This document shows positions 24,420-36,120 of a stretch of 38,782 bases of DNA, piece after piece (positions within the stretch are counted from its first letter, which is position 1; every line of letters starts with the position of its first letter). Source of the stretch: Octopus bimaculoides (Eukaryota); the NCBI RefSeq assembly GCF_001194135.2, contig NC_068990.1, forward strand, positions 66,210,681 through 66,249,462, given 5' to 3'. Both the position numbers and the translations under genes were made by a program. Under the pieces are notes generated by a model. That model worked only from the letters and a program-made list of their open reading frames with translations. It was not told the origin of the DNA and ran no database searches.

Positions 24420-25090
24420 TGTCTTTATTAGAAATTTTGAATGACGGGTACGGAATCCTGTCTGCTAAGCTTTAGTCCAATATATCGAAGCTATATATCA
24501 TGGCTTGTCGTGTTAATGAGTAGACTGACAATAAAGTAGCCAGCATTGGGTTTTGTTCTATGATTTCCTTTAACTTTCAATCCCAAGCGTTCGCACAGCG
24601 AGAGAGGCTGTGCAATATATAGGGTCGTTTAGATTTGATATGTTTTCCATGTAAGTTTTCGTTAAAAGTTTGTACATCTTGTTCACTACTTTATATAGTT
24701 TTCCTCTTTCGATTTCTTGTCAAAATGTTTTTGCTCCGTGATAGGGACCATGTCTTTTTCTTCTTTTTAGGTTCTATTGTCATATTGAGTCCAGTTTCTC
24801 CTAATCTCTGTAGCAGTATTCGGATAATAACTATATCTTCCCTGCTGCGCAGTAGAAAACTCGCAGTCTGAGAGACCTTCACTAAGTCTTCGGGTCTCAT
24901 AAACGCAGTTGTGATGATTTTTATTTGGCATTACACTCATAAAGAGGACTGTGATGCTGAGTTGTCATAACCAGAGGTGTTTTTATCGAGACACCATTTC
25001 TAAGGGGCTGCCAGCCAAGGTAAAATATACCCGCTTCCCCTTGTGGTAGATTTTAACCTCATGAAAATATTCTCTGCCGTTTTGTCTTCG
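24420..25090 (-). mobile_element. Possible 5' portion of an R4/Dong-like element
   Basis: Minus translation NISNLNDPIYCTASLAVRTLGIE resembles the ITELN.LIY.(T/A)A..V...LG motif; the minus strand is purine-rich. Weak. Confidence 0.35.
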
Positions 25091-25104
25091 GAGCATTCAT
25101 TCGC

Positions 25105-25606
25105 TTTTCCTAATCTATAATTATAATATCTGATCTATTATATTCTAAATTCTTGTCCATTTGAAGAGGAAATTCCCACAAAATCTTACATTTCTCCGAC
25201 CCTAGTACTCTTTCGACTCGATGATTGTACCGTGTGTTTCCAACTCCAAATCCCCATTTCTAGTAAATGTAAAACTTTTACAACCTAGTCGTGCCACCAT
25301 TTCTTATAATCTTTCGGTGCCATCTTGGGGCATTCTGTCACAATGTGTGCCACTATCTCATTCCAAGTTCTACAGGCTCTACATTTTTATGATACATTCT
25401 CTTCATATATATTTTTAAAGTTGTTTGTTCTTATCGTTTGATCTTGGGCTGCTACAATTAGGCTCTCTGTTTCTTTTTCTTTTTTTAATTGCCCCCTTTT
25501 TTAATCAAGCCCAGAATTTTGTTCCACATACGTCTTCAGTCGCTCTCCAAAATTGATTATATAGTGGTTTCTCTTCGACCCGTCTGACATTCTCTCTTTG
25601 TATTTC
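25105..25606 (-). mobile_element. R4/Dong-clade LINE C-terminal fragment (CCHC knuckle plus start of REL endonuclease)
   Basis: EEKPLYNQFWRATE; ETESLIVAAQDQTIRTN; KCRACRTWNEIVAHIVTECPKMAPKDYKKWWHD; KILWEFPLQMDKNLEYNRSDIIIID. The 5' end abuts (TAA)n. Confidence 0.85.
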
Positions 25607-25624
25607 ATTATTATTATTATTATT

Positions 25625-25925
25625 GAGTGAGAGTGCAGTGCATGCCATCAAAGTAACACTGGGGTAAAATATACGAAGCCCATTATACCCATCATGACTA
25701 CCCGTCTGATAAGGGCACACCAGGCACATGCATCACAACCATATGTGCGCGACATGGTGATCTCATATCAAGATAAACAGCACATACCCTACCCTACCTG
25801 ACAAGCAAATCTGTGGTATTCAGCAGAATACTTGCTGTAACCCATCTTTTTATACCAAGACAAAACAATGTACATGATAACATCCCAATCAATTATGATC
25901 AGAAGCCATGAGAGCCACTACCTGG
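25625..25925 (-). mobile_element. ~300-bp non-coding interspersed element flanked by (TTA)n on both sides
   Basis: gagtgagagtgcagtgcatgccatcaaagtaacactggggtaaaatatacg... is recalled as a common octopus repeat. TTA runs at 25607-25624 and 25926-26013. Orientation is inferred from the TAA tail. Confidence 0.55.
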
Positions 25926-25960
25926 TATTATTATTATAATTATTATTATCATTATTATTA

Positions 25961-26013
<53 letters not shown>

Positions 26014-27497
26014 TGTAGTAGTAGTAGTAGTAGTGGTAGCAGTGTGATTTTAATATCGGTAACTCCGATGAATCCAAATGTACATCTATACATGTTGGAG
26101 TTGCTGATAATTTTTAGTTCTAATTTCTAATATTACTGAGTGAAACTTGATATTTAACACCTCTGGGAGTAAAGAATTACATAATTTCTGATAAAATACT
26201 TGAGTCGATTTGATTGGCTGTACAATTTTAAAATGAAATTGACTTGGCTTCTTGCCCAAATAAATTATTTCTTTTATTGTTTTACTCGTATCGTAGTCGC
26301 ACTTTAAAATGCCATTACCACTGAAACCTCTAAATGTTCTTCCTTCTTAATGTGAACATTTAAAAAGAAAAAAAGTATTTATTATTTTCCCTGATATTTG
26401 CTTTTGGGTTTGGATTAAAGGACATAGCACTCAGCATCTTAGATAAGAGTTTCTAAGGGGGGAAAAATTAAAGATATTAGTTTGTAGGTTATAAAATATA
26501 AATATAAAAATATCAAATAATGAATAAAGTTGTTTATTATGATTGGGATAAGCGTATTATTGGGATAAGCGTATTATTTATTTATATACTCTGTTCCCTC
26601 AACAGTTTGGCAATTTCAATCATTGAAGACCTATCTAGCATCGGGATTTGACGACGTCAAAACGTATTGTTCCCAGCTACGAAATATTTATAGAAGCAGC
26701 AATAACTGATGATTTTTCAAAAGATATTCGCAGCCTGTTTTCCAGTAGGTATCACAAAACGAAAGAAGCCTCTAGTTAACAAAGTTGTATTGGCGGAAAG
26801 CGTGTGAAACCGAGAAAAACAATACAAGTATTGCGTTCAAGAGAATTATGTTGGTACTGACGCTATAGATTCGCACATGAAGAGACATTGCAGCAAAGAT
26901 ATGTATACACTTTTTCAGCTACATTAAAAGAGTAAACGAAGGGAAACATCTTCAAATTAAAACAAAATCTTAATAATAAACAACTCACCGGACATTTATT
27001 GCCTCCCGTACGAGGTTTGACTGTGTTCGACAAAAAATTGTTTGAGCCCCTATATCAGTGAACATCAGATAAGGATAATCGAATAACTAAGGTTGCAAAC
27101 TGGTGAGAAGAATACTAAAGTGTCTTTAGTTTCAAACCCTTGTATTCTAAATTCCAATAATATTGGGTGTGGTTGCTTTCATTTGAGTTCCATTAAAATT
27201 ATTACCGGAATCCTATTAATTTCGATTCATCTGAGTATATTTTTCTCTCCCTCTAACTCTCTGTATGATCTTTACAAACGTTTAATCTCAATCATTACAT
27301 CGCAATTAATATATTCAATGTGCACCACGTCCATCAGATTATTTTACACATTTGAGAAAAATATTAGAGACAGAATTTGAGTTGCATCTCTGTTTGGCAA
27401 GTTATTTCCTTTGAGATTATTATTATCATCCTCCTCCGCCTCCTCCTCTTCCTCCTCCTCCTCATTATTATTATTATATTTTTTTTATTATGTAATA

Positions 27498-27815
27498 TTG
27501 GTTTCACATTTTGGCACATGGCCAGCAATTTCGGGAGATGGGGTAAGTCGATTACATCGACCCCAGCGATCAATTGGTACTTATTGCATCGAGTAATAAT
27601 TCTTTCTTGTTATAGGGACAAGGACCGACATTTTGAGGTAGACGTGAGTCGATTTCATCGATCCCAGTACTTGACTGGTACATTAATTTACAACCCCTGA
27701 AAGGACGAATGGCAAAGATGACCATGGCGGTATTTAATCTTAGAACATAAACAACCGGAAGAAAGTCTGCTAAATGTTTTAACCGGCGTGCTAACGATTT
27801 TACCAGCTCGTCCCC
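27498..27815 (-). mobile_element. SINE family B: one complete copy plus a tandem 3' fragment
   Basis: gtcgattacatcgaccccag and gtcgatttcatcgatcccagtac both present; head ccggcgtgctaacgattttaccagctcg. Confidence 0.8.
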
Positions 27816-27869
27816 TTTTAATACTTCTTTCTCCAACGTGATAATTCTTGTGCAAGATATCCACTTCAG

Positions 27870-28200
27870 TTTTACAAGTAATAATATATTATTACCACGC
27901 TACTGAACTGTAACTCCTCTTGTAAGACAATACAAATGAAATAACATTTTCGTTGTATCATGTAACTGAAAGAGATTCTATTTGTATCTCTTCCAATAAA
28001 TGACGGCTGCATTTTAACGATTACCGAGTGATTACACAAAATAATTGGCATGACTGGATTAAGGGATACGAGATAGTACTTCGATAGAATAAAAGCAACC
28101 GTGGGGATAGAGGATGTAATCAATATTTAAAATTCTATAGAAAGCTTCCGTGAAACATTCGAACCAGTTAATAGAAAATGATGAGTATCATTATGTATAA
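27870..28200 (+). repeat. Diverged direct repeat, copy 1 (copy 2 at 29545-29830)
   Basis: Shared blocks cttgtaa.acaatac, atcatgtaa, ggctgcattttaac, gagtgattaca, ggata.gag.tagt and atttaaaattct. Confidence 0.8.
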
Positions 28201-28554
28201 AAGGACATTTTTGGCAGAATCGGTAGAGCACTGGAGTAAATGATTTTGTGTCTGTGTCTGCTCGCGGATACATAAGCACCTACAGCAAATAGCAAATGCG
28301 TGGTATGATTTACCATGTTATACAAACTTGTGAGTGACGGTTAAGTTATATGTAAACGATAAAGTAAGCACTAATGTATGCGAGAATTCTAACAAGATGT
28401 ATTATGATCGAAAACAAAACAACAAAATCATTTAAGGAAAATAAAACAATTTTGCTCTACTTTCGTGGTGAAAATTTCGCTATTTTCTGCACTACTGTTT
28501 TTTAAATCCAGTTATACCTGAGTAAAATTATTGGCTATAAACTTGTTAGTCAAG

Positions 28555-28745
28555 CTAGCGGGCTAGTAGCTTGGTTAGCATGTCGAATAAAATGCTTAGC
28601 GGCGTTTCTATCGGGTCTTTAATTTCTGAGCTCAAGTCATGCAGAGATCAAGTTTGCCTTTCATCCCTTCGTGGTCGACAAAATAAAGTACTAGAGAAGC
28701 AATGGTGTCAATATAATCAACGCGTCCCCTCCCATCGAAATTTAC
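28555..28745 (+). mobile_element. SINE family B
   Basis: gttagcatgtcgaataaaatgcttagcggc...tttgcctttcatcccttcgtggtcgacaaaataaagtac. Confidence 0.75.
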
Positions 28746-29294
28746 TAACCTTAAACTTACAGTTGACTGACGTTCTGGGGGAATGTTCCGATCTCAGTCA
28801 CTTAAACGCTATGAAAACCACGAAACCGACCTTATGACTCCTATAAAGCTCCAGAAAAAAAATACACACACATGCAAAAAACTTATATTTGTCAACATAT
28901 CCGTCTGGCTTCGTTTGCAGGGAACTAATTCAATCTTCTGTCTGAAGTGTGCTTGGCGACGGATAAATCATACTCAATATGACTGTGCCAAAACATTAGC
29001 ATTTAAATAGTTTATTCCTCCAGCATAAAGAAATCAATAAATAATTCTTTTATTTTTGCTTTATTCCTTTACTGGTTCCAACCAGTTGAGCGTGGTCATG
29101 CTGGAACACCACAATCAGTTATTTATTTGGTTTAGTAATCATTGATAAAATGCTTTGATATCCTAACGTCAGTTTTTATGAGCTGCCAGAGCGATCGTTG
29201 AAGCAGTAAATCCATAAATAAGAATGGAACATTTTGGTGATTAGATATGTTAGATGAGAATGGTGACAATGATGCACACTGGTTATCCATAATT

Positions 29295-29298
<4 letters not shown>

Positions 29299-29359
<61 letters not shown>

Positions 29360-29374
29360 AAGAGAGAGAGAGAG
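29299..29374. repeat. (GA)n microsatellite
   Basis: Direct reading. Confidence 0.95.
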
Positions 29375-29544
29375 GAGAAATCGAACATGAATTTTACCGC
29401 AGAAAATTCAAAGAAATTATTAAATATGTACTAAATCTGGATGTTTTGCTGAAAGAAGCCAATAAACATTGATCCAAGATTTAAGGCTAATCCAATCAAA
29501 AAGCGAATCGGTCGTCCAATTCAATTTGTCGAGAACTTTACTGC

Positions 29545-29830
29545 TATTCGACTGCGACTTCACTTGTAAAACAATACTAACGAAATAAAGCTTACATTGG
29601 ATCATGTAAATAAGACAAAGTCTATTCACGTGTATCTTCCATTATATTATGGCTGCATTTTAACAGCTGCAGAGTGATTACAGGAAACAATTGATATAAT
29701 TGGATTGTGGGATATGAGTTAGTTAATCGATAAACTAAATAAAGCTATGGCGGGTATCTTCAAGATTTAAAATTCTGTGTAAAGCATTCAAGAAACAGAT
29801 CAAATACAGAAAACTTGATGTGTATTATTA
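29545..29830 (+). repeat. Diverged direct repeat, copy 2
   Basis: See 27870-28200. Confidence 0.8.
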
Positions 29831-29841
29831 CGTATGCAGAT

Positions 29842-30040
29842 AAGGCGGAGGGGTGGGAGTATAGTTTGCAGCGTTTCTTCCGAATTTACTTTCTGATATT
29901 AAATTCCGACAAGGTTCACTTTGCCTTTCATCCTTTCAGTGCCGATAAAATTAGTACGATTTGAGCGATGGGATCGACGTAATAAACTGGCTCCCTTCCC
30001 CCAAATTTCAGTAATTGTGCCAATAATAGAAAAACATATT
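29842..30040 (+). mobile_element. SINE family B
   Basis: aaattccgacaaggttcactttgcctttcatcctttcagtgccgataaaattagtac. Confidence 0.75.
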
Positions 30041-30052
30041 TTGTGTACGAGT

Positions 30053-30205
30053 AAGGTTGCGAACTCGGAGAATTGATACCATGCCAGAGAAATTGCTTAG
30101 TTGTATATCTTCTGTTACTTTACGTTTAGGGCTCAAATTCCGCTGAGGTCAACTTTGTCATTTGGCCTTCCTTGCTCGATAAACTAAAGCACCAATCAGG
30201 TACAT
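30053..30205 (+). mobile_element. SINE family B, diverged
   Basis: ttgcttag...ctcaaattccgctgaggtcaactttg...ctcgataaactaaagcacc. Confidence 0.65.
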
Positions 30206-30248
30206 AACTCTTCTCCCTGAAACTGCAGGTACTTTGCCAATATTCATG

Positions 30249-30279
<31 letters not shown>

Positions 30280-31579
30280 TATAATGACAATCGACAGAGC
30301 AGTGGGCTAAAAGATTTTGTCCTAAGTATTTCCAGCCTGAGCTCATTCAAGAGATAAGATTTTGCTGTTTGTCCTTTATATGCCGATAAAATGTAACAGT
30401 CAAATAGTCAAAATCTGTTACTTTACGGCGATGGTAGGAACATTTATTACCTTTACAGTTACTCTATGCAGCAGTATATATATCGCCCTCTATACCTCTA
30501 TACGTTGTCGAGACTACGAGCCTGGAACAATGCGTGTTTGCTTATATTATTAATACCTTTGATATTGAAAATACAAATTTCTCATATACATATATATANN
30601 NNNNNNNNNNNNNNNNNNNNNNNNNNNNNNNNNNNNNNNNNNNNNNNNNNNNNNNNNNNNNNNNNNNNNNNNNNNNNNNNNNNNNNNNNNNNNNNNNNNN
30701 NNNNNNNNNNNNNNNNNNNNNNNNNNNNNNNNNNNNNNNNNNNNNNNNNNNNNNNNNNNNNNNNNNNNNNNNNNNNNNNNNNNNNNNNNNNNNNNNNNNN
30801 NNATAAGGCATTTGTACCTTCGTCTATGAGACATCAATTCCTTTTAGAGCGCTGAGTATGATGTTTCAAATCGAAAGGTCACACACATCTGTCATAAACT
30901 AACTTAATTGCTCATCAATCTAACCACCACGACAATTCCATTCTTCTTTGATCCGAGAACGTTCGTATTTCTATCGAGTTATTTTAGCAAACTACCTGAA
31001 GTTGTTGTGTAAGGACTTATTTCCTTTAATGTATTTAATTCTTTTTTTTTTTTACCTCCCCAGCAATATAAGTAAAAATAAATTACAAATTATTTTGTTT
31101 TGTTTTGCTTAAAATATGTTGGTAATCTGCTGCTAACGCCATTTGGAAGACGCTTTGAACTTTTGTTCTATCAATTTCCGAATCCTGGCAATATTTTCCG
31201 TATTTTTCACTTCTTTGTTTTGTTTTCATGAGCAAAATATTCCAAATATTTTGCACAGATCCTGCTCTCGTGTCAACAACACATCAAACATGATGTGAAC
31301 ACATGAAGAATGGAATCAGAAAGAAAAAAAAAAAGAAAAGAGAGAAAAACCGTTTAAATAAAACCAAAAACCAAAAACCAAAAATTGCATTATTTCTCCA
31401 GGAATTTGTGCTTCGACTAGAAAACGCAAGGTTTTATAATGCTCCTACAGCTCCTTGCATATTTCATTGCTCATTCATGTGAATCTATAAACAGAGTGAG
31501 TGAGAGAAATCAAAAGTTGTTGGTAACGGGATTGCTTAAGAAGGCAGAATTTTAGAGGTAGTACAATACACAAAGCTGA

Positions 31580-31800
31580 AGGAGCGTAATCTAGTGGATA
31601 GGAGGTTGCATACCTCCTATCGCAAGATCGTGGTTTCGATTCCCACACAGGTATTGCATTGTGTTCCTGAGTAAAACACAGCATTTAGCGTTATTCCAAC
31701 CTACTCAGTTATAAACGAGTAACCTTGAGCCAGATTGACATCCCGTTTAGCGGAATGCTGTGATCTCGGCCACTTATGCGCCATTGAATTCGGCTAACTG
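31580..31800 (+). mobile_element. SINE family C
   Basis: B-box-like ggtttcgattccc, then ttgtgttcctgagtaaaacac...ctactcagttataaacgagtaac. Confidence 0.65.
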
Positions 31801-31844
31801 TCTATATTAGTCATATAACTCGAGACAGATGATGATGATGATAG

Positions 31845-32035
31845 TGGTAAACAATTTTGAAAACAGGTTAGTCGATACCATCGACAACAATTTTTTGACT
31901 GGTACATTATTTTATCGGCCCCTAGAAGATAAAAAGCAATATTGTTCTTGGCTACACTTGAACTGAGAATGTAAAGAGCTGGAAGTATTACCCCCAAGCA
32001 ATTTTCTGACACTTTAACTATTCTGCAAGGTCACT
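31845..32035 (-). mobile_element. SINE family B, diverged
   Basis: gtcgataccatcgac...gactggtacattattttatcggccc...ttgaactgagaatgtaaagagc. Confidence 0.6.
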
Positions 32036-32051
32036 AAATTTAGCGGTTTGG

Positions 32052-32245
32052 GATTTAGGAAGATTCCGGCAGTTTTCATGGGGAGGGATTAGCCGACAAC
32101 AGCGATCCCAGTACTTGATTGGTAATATATTTTATCGACCCCAATATTATAAAAGTCAAAGTTGACATCAGTGGAATTTGAAATCAGGATGTTAAGAGAG
32201 GTAACAAACACAGCAATGCGTTTTTTTCCCAAGGCTCTAATGATT
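32052..32245 (-). mobile_element. SINE family B, diverged
   Basis: cgatcccagtacttgattggtaa..ttttatcgacccc...caaagttgacatcagtggaatttgaa. Confidence 0.65.
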
Positions 32246-32395
32246 TCTTTAGTTTTTTAGTAGCCCTTTAATTTATTCGTCCTTTTGTGATGAACTTTGA
32301 ACTGAAAATAAAACAAAATGTGGAGACATGGCTTATCCTGTCTTGTGGGGAGTGTTGTTCTATTCTTTTCATGCTGTCCCTTTGTGCATATATAT

Positions 32396-32444
<49 letters not shown>

Positions 32445-32454
32445 NNNNNNNNNN

Positions 32455-32501
<47 letters not shown>

Positions 32502-32854
32502 AAGTAGAGCAACATAATTGGCATGAACGGTAGGTTAAAAGCAGTCTGAGTTCAAAACACGAAGATACTTTGCCATTTCTTCCTTCGGGATCGATAATAA
32601 AGTACCACCCAAAGGTGGCAGAATGGAGAAAGAAGCAGTTAGAGGATCGGAGGAGATGTCTTGCTTTATCTGTTGCGGTTCTCTGCGTTCTGACAGCAGC
32701 GTCTGCGACAAAACTGCTGCCAGTCTAATTTAGATTCGTTTTTGAACAAACTTGGCAAGCAGTATGGAGAGAGAACTCTTGGATATATGGGTAACTGCCT
32801 GTGTGGCTGAGAACAACTTGTCCAGACCCACGCAGCAGGTCGTCAATTATACCA

Positions 32855-33005
32855 ACCAAATACTTACATCATACTTCATTTTATCCGTCTGGGATGGCTG
32901 AAAGGCAAAGTCGACAGACGGCCGTCGATGTGATTTGAACTTAGACCTTGGAGACCCGAACTGGATAGTACCCATGACATTTGGCCGACATCTAAATGAT
33001 TCTGC
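32855..33005 (-). mobile_element. SINE family B, diverged
   Basis: tacttcattttatcc...gaaaggcaaagtcgac...gatttgaacttaga. Confidence 0.6.
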
Positions 33006-33448
33006 TTGCAATACTTTCGTTTTATTTCTCAAGTTTCTGAGTTCAAACCGCAAAGGAGTCGTCTTCAAACTTTATATCTGACGGGTTTATAAATTATGAA
33101 CCAGTTATACAGAGTCGATACAACAAACATTCAAAATCTGATTTTGTTCCTATCGGCAAAAAATAGATAAATAAATAAAATTAGAACAAAATAGAAATAA
33201 ACGTTAACAAAAATAAAGTTAATACTTCTACGCCGTAGGTTTTTTTTTCTTGCAGAAATTCCCTGAGTTAGATATGTTCCAATCACACATATATCAACTT
33301 ATTTAAAAAAGAATCTGTATCACTTTTTTAATGTTATCAATTTTGTGTATATCGATCGTACACTTTTCTCACCTCCCTCTCCTCTCATAGCATCTTCCTC
33401 TCACCTCACCTCGATCTCACTCCCTATGCTATATTCCGTTTCACTCAC

Positions 33449-33492
<44 letters not shown>

Positions 33493-33745
33493 CCTCTTTC
33501 TCTGTCTCTCTTTCTTTATACTGTCTTCCTTTACACATTCTCTCTCGCTGGCTTTATCGTCTCATATTACCCGCTTTATTCGACACTTGGCTTTTATTTT
33601 CATTCATACAATATTATCAAAATTTATTGTTCTGATATGTTTCTAAAATTGTTCTCCCGGGCATCTTGAACAAAAAAGAACCTGCTTCCATAAGGCTAAC
33701 ATAAATCAATTTGTGCCAATGTTTTTTCGACATGTTTTGTTAGTT

Positions 33746-33794
<49 letters not shown>

Positions 33795-33962
33795 NNNNNN
33801 NNNNNNNNNNNNNNNNNNNNNNNNNNNNNNNNNNNNNNNNNNNNNNNNNNNNNNNNNNNNNNNNNNNNNNNNNNNNNNNNNNNNNNNNNNNNNNNNNNNN
33901 NNNNNNNNNNNNNNNNNNNNNNNNNNNNNNNNNNNNNNNNNNNNNNNNNNNNNNNNNNNNNN

Positions 33963-34050
33963 CCCCCTCGAAAAGAAAAACTCTACATTTGTATTTTGTC
34001 CCCTCTGTGTTGAGCCCTGTGTGGCTAATAAAGAAACCTATCTATCTATC
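33963..34050 (+). mobile_element. SINE family B 3' end after a gap, followed by (TCTA)n
   Basis: tttgtcccctctgtgttgagccctgtgtggctaataaagaaa. Confidence 0.55.
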
Positions 34051-34194
34051 TATCTATCTCTCTATCTATCTATCTATCTATCATCCTATTAATAAGATTT
34101 TATGGTGCGGCCTTGGTTTTTGTTTGCTTAAAATTGCTTATTAAAATAATTTTGATTAAATTGTGCATTTTACCTGCTTAATGAATGTGTGTGT

Positions 34195-34370
34195 CTCAGT
34201 GATGAAAGTGTTCAACTGAGAATAGCGTGAGCTCAATTTCTGGCCCAAGTGTCTCGTTGTATCCTTGAGCAAGTCACTTCATTTCCCACTTCTTCTGTCT
34301 ACTCAGCTACAATAAGTACCAATCGGTTGTTGGTGCGGGATTCTTCTTCCGGTAGTCACATCCTTGCTAC
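34195..34370 (+). mobile_element. SINE family C
   Basis: ttgtatccttgagcaagtcacttcatttccc...gtctactcagctacaataagtacc. Confidence 0.65.
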
Positions 34371-35153
34371 TTCACTTCACATATTTAAAATTAATATGAA
34401 AATATTAGCTCAAGTTGCATCTTACTGACGATTTCTAAAAAGGTTTATGTAGTGATATATATGATTAACACATGCTAAAAAATTTAGTATTTTGTAATTA
34501 GTATGTAAGAGAAAAAGAAAAGGAAAATTAAATATATTTTCTATGACTGTTTTTCCTTATTTCTTAATTACAAATTCAAATTTCTAATCCTACCAAATAC
34601 TATGAAGAAAGGATTATCTCCCTTGTTCTAACAACCTACTTTATCTTTAACTCTTTAGAGTAGAAGACTGCAATAAAAGCTAAGTGAAATTATGGTATTT
34701 TCTCAATTAGTTAAATGAGTTTTGTACTACAGCGATATGAAGCCCCACCGCTCAGAATTGGTTGTTGCTATTATTGTTAAGGCCCAAATACAATCAAAAT
34801 CATAATAACAGTAGCCAGCTCCATGTTTTACACTTGTAGAAAAATATCATAAAAGCTATTCGTCCTTTCTAAGATTTAAAGGCATGTAGTTATTAGATCT
34901 AGCCAGTTGAGGGACAATGTAGATACTGGCTGAATCTACATAGTTTGATCTATTTGAGATGGTGCATACGGGTAACTATAAAGAATGTAATGGAAACTGA
35001 GAACTTGCTTATGTTTACCATGTGTATATATGTGTGAGAGAGGATTGTGTGTGCGTGCGCCCGTGTTTGTGTGTGTGCGTGTGTGTGTGTGCGCGTGTGC
35101 GTGTGTGTGCGTGTGCGCATGTCTGTACTGTCATTTATGTTACATGATGTATA

Positions 35154-36059
35154 NNNNNNNNNNNNNNNNNNNNNNNNNNNNNNNNNNNNNNNNNNNNNNN
35201 NNNNNNNNNNNNNNNNNNNNNNNNNNNNNNNNNNNNNNNNNNNNNNNNNNNNNNNNNNNNNNNNNNNNNNNNNNNNNNNNNNNNNNNNNNNNNNNNNNNN
35301 NNNNNNNNNNNNNNNNNNNNNNNNNNNNNNNNNNNNNNNNNNNNNNNNNNNNNNNNNNNNNNNNNNNNNNNNNNNNNNNNNNNNNNNNNNNNNNNNNNNN
35401 NNNNNNNNNNNNNNNNNNNNNNNNNNNNNNNNNNNNNNNNNNNNNNNNNNNNNNNNNNNNNNNNNNNNNNNNNNNNNNNNNNNNNNNNNNNNNNNNNNNN
35501 NNNNNNNNNNNNNNNNNNNNNNNNNNNNNNNNNNNNNNNNNNNNNNNNNNNNNNNNNNNNNNNNNNNNNNNNNNNNNNNNNNNNNNNNNNNNNNNNNNNN
35601 NNNNNNNNNNNNNNNNNNNNNNNNNNNNNNNNNNNNNNNNNNNNNNNNNNNNNNNNNNNNNNNNNNNNNNNNNNNNNNNNNNNNNNNNNNNNNNNNNNNN
35701 NNNNNNNNNNNNNNNNNNNNNNNNNNNNNNNNNNNNNNNNNNNNNNNNNNNNNNNNNNNNNNNNNNNNNNNNNNNNNNNNNNNNNNNNNNNNNNNNNNNN
35801 NNNNNNNNNNNNNNNNNNNNNNNNNNNNNNNNNNNNNNNNNNNNNNNNNNNNNNNNNNNNNNNNNNNNNNNNNNNNNNNNNNNNNNNNNNNNNNNNNNNN
35901 NNNNNNNNNNNNNNNNNNNNNNNNNNNNNNNNNNNNNNNNNNNNNNNNNNNNNNNNNNNNNNNNNNNNNNNNNNNNNNNNNNNNNNNNNNNNNNNNNNNN
36001 NNNNNNNNNNNNNNNNNNNNNNNNNNNNNNNNNNNNNNNNNNNNNNNNNNNNNNNNNNN
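35154..36059. other. Largest assembly gap (906 N); 15 gaps in total
   Basis: N run. Other gaps include 5072-5629, 10086-10412, 19568-19790 and 24059-24361. Confidence 1.
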
Positions 36060-36120
36060 TATTTGAGTATATATAAAAATTTAAGGAATGGAGTAAACGC
36101 ATGTTATAACTGCATACTTT

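Noticed and set aside
25515-25545. CTGAAGA motif on the minus strand
   Set aside because: It is part of the R4 ORF (RATEDV), with no stems or GAAA.
26542-26575. 17-bp tandem duplication attgggataagcgtatt x2
   Set aside because: An ordinary slippage duplication with no further structure.
32718-32800. Possible 57-nt plus-strand exon (SFLNKLGKQYGERTLGYM)
   Set aside because: Weak acceptor and donor, embedded between SINE fragments, and no recognisable homology.
35030-36102. 320-348 aa ORFs
   Set aside because: Almost entirely N.
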